From: a virus
Taxonomy: Duplodnaviria > Caudoviricetes
Length of the DNA stretch: 57,839 nt
Direction: 5' to 3' (one strand)
IMG/VR virus record: IMGVR_UViG_3300042569_000835
Coordinates: 1 to 57,839 of that record
Each line of letters starts with the position of its first letter. Position 1 is the stretch's first letter. The notes below the pieces were generated by a model. The model was not told the DNA's origin and ran no database searches. It saw only the letters and a list, made by a program, of their open reading frames with translations. Shown here one piece after another: positions 26,459 through 33,872 of this stretch. The translations under genes and the position numbers were made by a program.

Positions 26459-26502
26459 ATTCGTTGAGCGATAGCGATAACGAATGTGAGCTTCAGCTCA
26501 CA
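26459..26502. other. Two adjacent hairpins, one containing GAGCGATAGCGA
   Basis: ATTCGTT/AACGAAT (26459-26485) and TGTGAGC-TTCA-GCTCACA (26485-26502). Confidence 0.7.
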
Positions 26503-26507
26503 ATACA

Positions 26508-26514
26508 ATAAATA
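26508..26514 (+). promoter_or_regulatory. Late promoter (ATAAATA)
   Basis: TAAATA core 21 nt upstream of the ATG at 26536. Confidence 0.7.
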
Positions 26515-26535
26515 ACATACTATCTGTGAGTAAAC

Positions 26536-28005
26536 ATGCGTGTAAGCAATATATTATTTGAACAACATATGAATAATTCTAATAAAATTCTATTAGAATC
26601 ATGTCATGGCCTTGATCAAGAACAACGTGTAGTCGTTGAAGGCATTTATAATGAATTACTGCCTTTAATCGAAGCTAGTCTTAGTCCCGATCAAATCAAA
26701 TCTATATTTGGTGCTGTAGAAAAGTCTGCTACTGACGCAGGCGGTAATAGAACCATGTTAGGCAAGGGCGTTGATGTCGGTAAGAAAGCCAACGAAATTG
26801 TTGATAACATAGGCAAGTGGCTACAAAACACAACTCCGGTTAAGGCTTTTGATCAAAAGTTTGATGATTTAAAAAGAAAAATTAATACTAAATTTCCAGA
26901 TTCAAAAATACTAGATGCTGTATCTAACATGGGCATATGGGCTCAAGAGAATCCTGGAAAAACCGCAGCAATTATTGGAGTACTTACTGCTATTGCTTCA
27001 TTGGCAGGCGGGCCAGTTGGAGGTGCAATTGCTGGTCAAGTGCTGCGGGGATCTGTAGAATTACTCAAAGGTGAAAAACTTTCCACAGCCATTGGCAAAG
27101 GTGTTAAGACAGCGGCCTACGGTTTCATTGCTGGCAAGACATTTGAACTATTAGGCGATGCAATCAAAGACGGTGCGCAAGTAGTCAAAGATAACTTATT
27201 TCCAAACGCTCTTCGCCTAAATATGAAATCTGTTTTTGATGAAGTTGGCGGAGAACTAGGTACTCGTTGGGCTAATTTTGAAATTAAAGGTCTGGTAGGC
27301 AGGCCTGAAGACATAAACACTGCTAAAAAATTATTTGCCGAAGCTGGGCAATATTGGAAAGCAGGCGATTATGAACAAAGTGCAGCCACTTGGAAATCGT
27401 TAGAAGGCATGATTGCCGATACATTTAAAGATCCGGAATACATAGCTCAGATAGCCTCTGACCAAGCTAGCAGAACAATGATTAGTCAAGCAGCACAGGC
27501 TGCTCAAGAAGCTACAAAATATCTCGGAGCGGCTGCACAAGGTGCTGTAGCTGCTGCTGGAACTAAAGGCAGTCTAGCTAAAAAAGAATCAATAACCCGC
27601 CAAACTCGCCCGTTAAGCGAAGGTCAAGTATATTTAATATTCAATCGTGTTGTATCTTCGCAGCTCAATGAAGGGCCAATGGATGCTATTAAAGGCTTTG
27701 CCGGCAAGGCTATGGACAAAGTTCGAACAGCGGGCACTAACTTAACAACTAAAATTACCGCAGACAAATTAAATTCAGCTTGGCAAAAAGCAGGAGCTCC
27801 CGCTGACAGTGAAGAACTTAAAAAGTTTTTAATCAGTCAGGGAGTTGATGCTACTGTAATAGATACAGTATATAAATCTTTAAAGATAGTTGGTGGAGCT
27901 GCATCTGTTTATGCACAAGTTAAAACAGACCTAGCTAACCTAGATAAGAAAAGCAAACAACGCCTTGCATCCTACCTACAAAAACAATTAGGAACCGTAA
28001 AATGA
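26536..28005 (+). CDS. Hypothetical late protein, probable internal head / ejection protein
   Basis: 489-aa ORF behind a late promoter, with several (I/L)xE sites and a hydrophobic Gly-zipper segment. Confidence 0.6.
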   Translation: MRVSNILFEQHMNNSNKILLESCHGLDQEQRVVVEGIYNELLPLIEASLSPDQIKSIFGAVEKSATDAGGNRTMLGKGVDVGKKANEIVDNIGKWLQNTTPVKAFDQKFDDLKRKINTKFPDSKILDAVSNMGIWAQENPGKTAAIIGVLTAIASLAGGPVGGAIAGQVLRGSVELLKGEKLSTAIGKGVKTAAYGFIAGKTFELLGDAIKDGAQVVKDNLFPNALRLNMKSVFDEVGGELGTRWANFEIKGLVGRPEDINTAKKLFAEAGQYWKAGDYEQSAATWKSLEGMIADTFKDPEYIAQIASDQASRTMISQAAQAAQEATKYLGAAAQGAVAAAGTKGSLAKKESITRQTRPLSEGQVYLIFNRVVSSQLNEGPMDAIKGFAGKAMDKVRTAGTNLTTKITADKLNSAWQKAGAPADSEELKKFLISQGVDATVIDTVYKSLKIVGGAASVYAQVKTDLANLDKKSKQRLASYLQKQLGTVK

Positions 28006-29090
28006 AAATCACAGAAATATTAGTAGAAAATCAACAAGTAGATGAAGGTCCACTCCTAAATAAAATTGGGGCTGGCATTGGCAAGGCAGCAGGCACAGTT
28101 GCTAAAGGCATAGGAGCCGTAGCAGGCGGCGTTGTGGGCGCAGGTAAAGCTCTAGCAAAAGGTTATCAAGCAGGCAAATCTACAGTAGGCGGAGCTGGAG
28201 ATGATGAAGAAGCAGATACTGGAGCAGCACCAGCGTCTAATACAGCATCGGCTGGAACAACTCCTACAGCTAAAACAGCTCTAAAAACTAAGACAACTCC
28301 AACGGCAGGAGGTGCAGCAACTAGTGCTCCAACAAGCAATGCTGCACCAACAAGCAATGCTGCACCAACAAGCAATGCTGTTCCAGCAGCAGGTGGTACT
28401 GCCTATGCTCAGGTTAAAGCAAACATTGACAAACTTGATAAGAAAGGCAAGCAAAGAATTTTAGCCGCTCTACAAAAAGAAGTAGGTGCAGCACCAGCTG
28501 CTAAGCCAGCGGCTCCTGCCGCAAAACCGGCAGCAGGTAACGCAGAAGCTCCAGCTGATAGTGGAGCAATGACTAACATGGCAGGTCAACTGGCAAAAGC
28601 AGGAGCATCTACGAAACCTAATACAATGGCTAATACTCCTACTAGCAAAACTAATAAAGCTAAACCAGGTAATCCAAATGCTGCCGCAGCACCAGCTGCT
28701 GAACCTGCGCCGCCAGCACCAGCTGCTGAACCAGTAGCACCGACTAAACCCGCGGCAGGTGCAACTACAACTGCACCGAGTGGTGAAAAAGTTCTTGCAA
28801 ATCCTGTAGCCACTGTAGGAACTAAACGTGCAACTAATATTGGTCAAGCAACGTTTGATAAAGAGACAGGTAAAGCACTTCCTGGACAAGCTCTTAATGC
28901 TATTCGTAAGAAAGCAGAGTACGGTACAGGTGCATTAGGTGCTGCAAGAAAGAGAATCAAAGCTGGCGCAGCAGCACCGACTGCTCAAGAATCAATTGAT
29001 GCTGATCGTAGAAACATTATGGGAACTTCAAAACCTGCAAAGGCTAGAGAAAAAGTTTCAGAAAGTTTTAGTCTGTTTAAAAAACGTTAA
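28002..29090 (+). CDS. Ala/Pro/Thr/Lys-rich low-complexity protein, probable internal head protein
   Basis: 362-aa ORF overlapping the previous stop; MKITEILVE N-terminus; shares a ~28-aa motif with the upstream protein. Confidence 0.6.
   Translation: MKITEILVENQQVDEGPLLNKIGAGIGKAAGTVAKGIGAVAGGVVGAGKALAKGYQAGKSTVGGAGDDEEADTGAAPASNTASAGTTPTAKTALKTKTTPTAGGAATSAPTSNAAPTSNAAPTSNAVPAAGGTAYAQVKANIDKLDKKGKQRILAALQKEVGAAPAAKPAAPAAKPAAGNAEAPADSGAMTNMAGQLAKAGASTKPNTMANTPTSKTNKAKPGNPNAAAAPAAEPAPPAPAAEPVAPTKPAAGATTTAPSGEKVLANPVATVGTKRATNIGQATFDKETGKALPGQALNAIRKKAEYGTGALGAARKRIKAGAAAPTAQESIDADRRNIMGTSKPAKAREKVSESFSLFKKR
28329..28380 (+). repeat. 18-nt tandem repeat, 2.9 copies (PTSNAA)
   Basis: CCAACAAGCAATGCTGCA repeated exactly. 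Confidence 0.9.
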
Positions 29091-29095
29091 CAAAC

Positions 29096-29122
29096 AAAAA
29101 AGGACTCCTAGGAGTCCTTTTT
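29096..29122. terminator. Bidirectional intrinsic terminator
   Basis: AAAAAA-GGACTC-CTAG-GAGTCC-TTTTT between convergent genes. Confidence 0.88.
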
Positions 29123-29126
29123 ACTA

Positions 29127-29354
29127 TTAGAAGAATGGTAATCCACTTTTCTTAGTTGTTTCTAGATTTTCTTTTATGAGTTCGCCAATCAATTGTCTTT
29201 CCTCCCAACTGAGCAGCATTGCTTCCCAATAACTCATACCACGCATATACCAACAGATTTTTAAAATATCTCGTTTAATTTCCTTGGCCTCTTTTTCCAG
29301 CTGCTGAACCCAAAGTAGAATCTCCGGCTGAGGAAGAGTTAAGATCCTACTACG
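29127..29354 (-). CDS. gp51-like / gpT-like extension, probably reached by -1 frameshift from the gp26-like gene
   Basis: 75 open codons (RSRILTLPQPEILLWVQQLEKEAKEIKRDILKICWYMRGMSYWEAMLLSWEERQLIGELIKENLETTKKSGLPFF) ending TAA TAG TAA. Not in the ORF track; the first ATG is about halfway in. Confidence 0.7.
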   Translation of the reverse strand, partial: RSRILTLPQPEILLWVQQLEKEAKEIKRDILKICWYMRGMSYWEAMLLSWEERQLIGELIKENLETTKKSGLPFF

Positions 29355-30211
29355 AAAAAATTTGTTTGATCCATAGCAACCTCAACAGTGAACTTATGAC
29401 TGCACTCTTGACATTCAACATCGTGCGCTTTTAAAGCCATTAGATCTTTCATTTCTCTAACTTGATCATTAACCAAGTTAAAAATTTCACTAGAAGTATT
29501 TTCCATAAATTCTCTAATCATTTCTTTATCGGAAACAATACCATCTGGAGTTTCAACACTTTCGATGCAATTCACAACAACATCAACTGTTAATCTTGTT
29601 AGGTTAACAAAACTTTCTCCGAATTTAGCAATTTTATCTTCCTCGGAAAGATCTTCATTGGTAACAATAGAAATTAATTTTTGTTGTTCAAATGTTTTTA
29701 TTGCTGCTTTGGTTAATTCTTTGTAGTTATAAGGACGTAATTTAATAGTTAATTGCCCAACCGATACAGTATCTTTATATGTAAAACCGTTAGACTTGTC
29801 TAAAAATGACAGAAGATCTAGATTGTATTCATTGTGATGTCCACATTCTGGACAACCGCTATTAACCTCCATCGATTCGCCATAGGATGCAATTCTAATT
29901 GCAATTAACACTGCATCAATATCAATGCTGGGCATTAGCCATGGTTGTTTAATTGCCGGAACACAACTCTTAATAACTTCGACAGTGGCCTGGCCGTTCA
30001 TTAGAGCATCCGGAGTTTTAAACATCAGTTCGTCTTTGGCCGTCATGGCAAACACTGCGTACTCATCATTTTGACTGGAATCTAATGCTCCCTCGGGATA
30101 AAAGTTTCCATGACTGGGCAGTTGGATGTATAATTTTGGTTGCCTAAAATAATTGGCAAGGGGGTTGTTAGCTGGCTTTTTTTGCTGCTGCTGTTCAAAT
30201 TGATCTGGCAT
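29339..30211 (-). CDS. gp26: Baseplate hub / tail assembly chaperone, T4 gp26-like
   Basis: LPSHGNFY...MTAKDEL...IDIDAVLIAIRIASYGE, CPEC and CQEC zinc motifs, and NFF near the end. Confidence 0.75.
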   Translation of the reverse strand: MPDQFEQQQQKKPANNPLANYFRQPKLYIQLPSHGNFYPEGALDSSQNDEYAVFAMTAKDELMFKTPDALMNGQATVEVIKSCVPAIKQPWLMPSIDIDAVLIAIRIASYGESMEVNSGCPECGHHNEYNLDLLSFLDKSNGFTYKDTVSVGQLTIKLRPYNYKELTKAAIKTFEQQKLISIVTNEDLSEEDKIAKFGESFVNLTRLTVDVVVNCIESVETPDGIVSDKEMIREFMENTSSEIFNLVNDQVREMKDLMALKAHDVECQECSHKFTVEVAMDQTNFFVVGS

Positions 30212-30222
30212 TTTTATCTCCG

Positions 30223-30229
30223 ATAAATA
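30223..30229 (+). promoter_or_regulatory. Late promoter (ATAAATA) for the tape measure/portal genes
   Basis: TAAATA core in the intergenic gap. Confidence 0.7.
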
Positions 30230-30244
30230 CTTTATCTAGTCGTA

Positions 30245-30252
30245 TATTTATA
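30245..30252 (-). promoter_or_regulatory. Late promoter (perfect TATAAATA) for the gp26-like gene
   Basis: Exact T4 gp55 consensus on the minus strand. Confidence 0.75.
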
Positions 30253-30278
30253 TGCGCAGTTTTCAAGGTCTAAATTAA

Positions 30279-33200
30279 ATGGCAGAAGTTACTGGTGATT
30301 TTGGCGGTCAGCCAATACAATTAAACAATGCGGCCACAGAGGCAACGTTAAAGCAGCTTCTTGCGGCCATGACTGTTATTGCCAATAACACTGGTAAAGA
30401 TAAATCTGCACAGGCAAAATCACAAAAAGAACTCGAAGCAGAATTAAAAAAACTTGCAGCCGCTTCCAAAAAACAAACTGAAGCATTAGATGCTGCAACT
30501 AAAGCTCAAAAGAAAGCAGACGAAGCCGAAAGACGAAAACTCGAAGCTACAGAGCAAACTACAAAAGCACTCAAAGAAGAGATCAAATCTTTAAACAATA
30601 CTATCAAGGCAGTTGATCTTTTCAATAACTCGCTAGAAGGTGCAGTTGGCTATCTAACTAAGACAATGGGAACATTCAGCAACCTGAACTCTAGCATGGG
30701 TTCGGCTGCACAGGCTATGAGTGCAATTCCATTAGTTGGAAACATGTTGGCCAGTACGTTCGGAGTAGTTGCCCAAGCTGGTGAAAGAACTTACAAAGCA
30801 TTTCAGCAGGCATCTAGCGTAGGTGCAAACTTTGGTGGTAGTATCAATGACATGATCAATTCTGCCACTAGTGCTGGCATGACCTTTGATCAATTTGCTG
30901 GAGTGATTGCAAAGAATGGAGAATCGATAGCCTTACTAGGCCAAGGTGCAGGCGATGGTGCTAGACGATTAGCCGAGCTAGGATCTAAGATTCGAAAAAG
31001 TCCGTTAAATGCTGACTTGGCTAGACTAGGTTATAGCACTGAAGACATTAATAGCGGAATGGCTCAGTATGTTGGAATCCTTGCCAAGACTGGAAAATTG
31101 CAAGGACAAAATGATGAACAACTAGTTGCAGGCAGTGCAAATTATCTAAAGAACATGGATGAACTGTCTAAACTGACAGGCAAAAGCAAAGATGCACTCA
31201 AAGCCGAACAAGATGCCTTAATGGCTGATGCTGCCTTTCGTTTAAAACTGTCAAAGATGGATCCCGAAGGTGCAGCAAGACTTACACAGTACATGAAAAC
31301 GTTGGGGCCAACTGCACAAAAAGGCATGAAAGAATACATTGCATTTGGAAATGCAACCAGTGATCATGGAAGAGAATTTGCTACACTAATGCAAAAATCA
31401 GCAGGTGGTGCAAACGCAATGTATCGAGAGATACAACAAACAGGCACAGTGTCTCAAGCATCGCTTAATAATTTAGATAAAACATATAGAGCAGAAGCTA
31501 GAGCTGTTAATGAGTCTGGAATTTCTGATTTATATGCTAACGTAGGTAATAATATTCAACAAGGATTAGTATTAGATAATTTAAATATTGCTGCACAAAA
31601 AACCAATTTAGAAGAAATTAAAAAGCAGTCTGATGCAGAACAAGCAGCAGCTAGAAAACGTGCTGCTGACCAAGCAGGAGTTAAAGACGGATTAGACCCT
31701 GCACAACTACAAAGATTCCAACAGTTAATTGCTGAACTTAATAACAGAATAACTCAATCTGTGGCAAAATATCTGCCAGAGTTAGAATCAGCATTTAAAA
31801 AACTAGCCGGGTTCGTTGAAAATTGGATTTTGCCAGCATTCAAATACTTCATGGATAACATTGAAGGAATCACGGTATTGCTCGGTGCTATGAAAATAGC
31901 ATCAATATTGTTTAAGGGTGCGCTGGCAATAAAAGAATACCAAATGGCTCAGAGGGGAACTTCTCCGTTAAATGCTTTGTTTGTTCGAAACGCAGACGGC
32001 GGCCTGTTAGATAAAGGTGGCAAAGGCGGCGGTAGGGGTGGCGGCGGTAAGGGTGGCGGCGGTAGGGGCCGTCAGACACCACCGCCAACAGCTGGTGGCG
32101 GTGGCCAAATGGTATCAGCGCAAAATGCTGTTAGAGGAGTTGCAGCAGTAGGTACAGTTATAGCTGTAGCCAATATGGCTAGTGATTTAAAAGGTATTAG
32201 CGAAGATGTTAAATCAGGAAAAATATCAGAACAAGAAGGCACCGCACAAAAAGGCGGAGCGATAGGCGCAGCAGGCGGTGGAGCCCTAGGAGCATGGGGA
32301 GGTGCGGCTGCAGGAGCAGCTATAGGTTCAGTTGTACCAGTAGTCGGCACAATCATTGGGGGATTACTTGGCGGAGCTCTTGGCGGCTGGCTTGGATCTA
32401 AAGGCGGTGAAGTGGTTGGAACTGCTACAGGAAAATTGATAGCAGGTGGGCCAAATCCGGCAACTGGAACTTCTACTTCATTAACTTCGGAAGCAATGGC
32501 AAACGCCAAAGAAGAGGAAAAAACTTTAAGGGCACAGCTAAAGGCTCAAGTAGAAGCAATTTCTATAGCCAAAGCAAAAAATAGACAAGATCGATATGCT
32601 GCCGAATCAGCAGAAGCATTAGCCGACGCTGAAAAGAAAAAGAGAGAAATAGAAGCTCGATTGGCAGCAAATAGTAAAAAAATACAAGAAGGCCTAACAG
32701 TTTCTACCAAAGAATTAGCTGATGCAAAGAAAGCCGAACTCGATGCTGTAAAAAAAGCAGAAGAAGAAGCTAGGGCAAAAGACAAGAAACCAGGATTGGA
32801 TTTTAGCAGCCCCCAAGCATTGTTTAACAGTTTTAGAGACATGAGAGCAGGAGGATCAGGAGCTCCTCAGGTCGCAGCACCGTCTGGAACCACATCTGGA
32901 TCAGCACCCGTACCACAAGTACCTGGAGCGTCTGCAATTGGTACTGGTCTAGGAGCAGTAGCAGAAAAATACGAATCAGCAGGTCGTGGCAGCGGAACTG
33001 TTGGGTGGGATAAAAGCGGTGGTACTAGCTACGGTAAAAAACAAATTTCATCCAAAGCCGGAGCAATGACCGATTTTCTTAAGTTCCTTGAAAAGACAGG
33101 AAAAGGAGATGTTGCTAAAAAATTACGTGATGCAGGCATAGAAAAAGACACTGGTAGTACCAGTGGTAAAGCAGTTGACGTGTGGAAAGAAGTTGCAGCT

Positions 33201-33860
33201 AGCGGTGCGTTAGGCAACAGCGAAAATGAGTTTTTAGGACAAGGCTATCAAACGGCGCTAAAAGGCCTAAAAGATCAAAGTCTACAATCAAGAATTAGCG
33301 GTAGTCGTGCTCTTCAAGAAATGTTGTTTAGTACCGCTGTACAACACGGCGCCGGCGGCGCGATGGGAATCTTTAACAGCGTGTTTAAGCCGGGCATGAC
33401 AGACGAACAATTGGTAAAAGCTGTTTATGCAGAAAGAGGAGCTGATGGCGGTAAGAAACACTTTACCAAAAGCAGTGCCAATGAAAGAGTCGGAGTTGTA
33501 AACAGATTCGGAAGAGAACAACAAGACATAATGGCATTGTTAAGCAATCCAGGTTCAAATGTTCCTAGTACAGACACCGCTAGAACAGCATTGACACCAA
33601 CCCCAGCACCTTCTACTACTACTGCATCAACTACTGCAAGTTCGGTAGTCGAAACTCAAACTGTTCGAAATACTGCCACCGGTTCGGGAGCACCCAGTGC
33701 CGGGGGAGTATCGAGTCTAAATGCGGTGGTAGCAAGTTTAGAAATGTTAAATACACAGATGGGTCAATTAATTGCCTTAAATAGAGAAAGCGTAGATTTG
33801 AATGCAAATCAGTTAAGGGGATTAAGAGCAATGAGCACAGACATGTTTATGTCGTCTTAA
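30279..33860 (+). CDS. Tape measure-like protein with a C-terminal lysozyme-like domain
   Basis: 1193 aa, Ala/Gly-rich and helical, with Gly-zipper hydrophobic segments; AEKYESAGRG...GGTSYGKKQ muramidase-like motif; adjacent to the chaperone gene. Confidence 0.7.
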   Translation: MAEVTGDFGGQPIQLNNAATEATLKQLLAAMTVIANNTGKDKSAQAKSQKELEAELKKLAAASKKQTEALDAATKAQKKADEAERRKLEATEQTTKALKEEIKSLNNTIKAVDLFNNSLEGAVGYLTKTMGTFSNLNSSMGSAAQAMSAIPLVGNMLASTFGVVAQAGERTYKAFQQASSVGANFGGSINDMINSATSAGMTFDQFAGVIAKNGESIALLGQGAGDGARRLAELGSKIRKSPLNADLARLGYSTEDINSGMAQYVGILAKTGKLQGQNDEQLVAGSANYLKNMDELSKLTGKSKDALKAEQDALMADAAFRLKLSKMDPEGAARLTQYMKTLGPTAQKGMKEYIAFGNATSDHGREFATLMQKSAGGANAMYREIQQTGTVSQASLNNLDKTYRAEARAVNESGISDLYANVGNNIQQGLVLDNLNIAAQKTNLEEIKKQSDAEQAAARKRAADQAGVKDGLDPAQLQRFQQLIAELNNRITQSVAKYLPELESAFKKLAGFVENWILPAFKYFMDNIEGITVLLGAMKIASILFKGALAIKEYQMAQRGTSPLNALFVRNADGGLLDKGGKGGGRGGGGKGGGGRGRQTPPPTAGGGGQMVSAQNAVRGVAAVGTVIAVANMASDLKGISEDVKSGKISEQEGTAQKGGAIGAAGGGALGAWGGAAAGAAIGSVVPVVGTIIGGLLGGALGGWLGSKGGEVVGTATGKLIAGGPNPATGTSTSLTSEAMANAKEEEKTLRAQLKAQVEAISIAKAKNRQDRYAAESAEALADAEKKKREIEARLAANSKKIQEGLTVSTKELADAKKAELDAVKKAEEEARAKDKKPGLDFSSPQALFNSFRDMRAGGSGAPQVAAPSGTTSGSAPVPQVPGASAIGTGLGAVAEKYESAGRGSGTVGWDKSGGTSYGKKQISSKAGAMTDFLKFLEKTGKGDVAKKLRDAGIEKDTGSTSGKAVDVWKEVAASGALGNSENEFLGQGYQTALKGLKDQSLQSRISGSRALQEMLFSTAVQHGAGGAMGIFNSVFKPGMTDEQLVKAVYAERGADGGKKHFTKSSANERVGVVNRFGREQQDIMALLSNPGSNVPSTDTARTALTPTPAPSTTTASTTASSVVETQTVRNTATGSGAPSAGGVSSLNAVVASLEMLNTQMGQLIALNRESVDLNANQLRGLRAMSTDMFMSS
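32025..32069 (+). repeat. 15-nt G-rich tandem repeat x3 (Gly-rich linker)
   Basis: GGCGGCGGTA(G/A)GGG(T/C) repeated three times. Confidence 0.85.
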
Positions 33861-33872
33861 ACGGAATTATAA

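Noticed and set aside
25598-26502. Group I intron carrying a GIY-YIG homing endonuclease
   Set aside because: The flanking genes look complete, no split exons are evident, and I cannot place convincing P/Q/R/S core elements.
26340-26502. Retron msr/msd or a diversity-generating retroelement template
   Set aside because: No reverse transcriptase in the window, and I noticed no adenine-specific TR/VR repeat pair in the fibre genes.
32016-32069. G-quadruplex in the tape-measure gene
   Set aside because: Explained by a Gly-rich linker; mostly GG runs, with no independent support.
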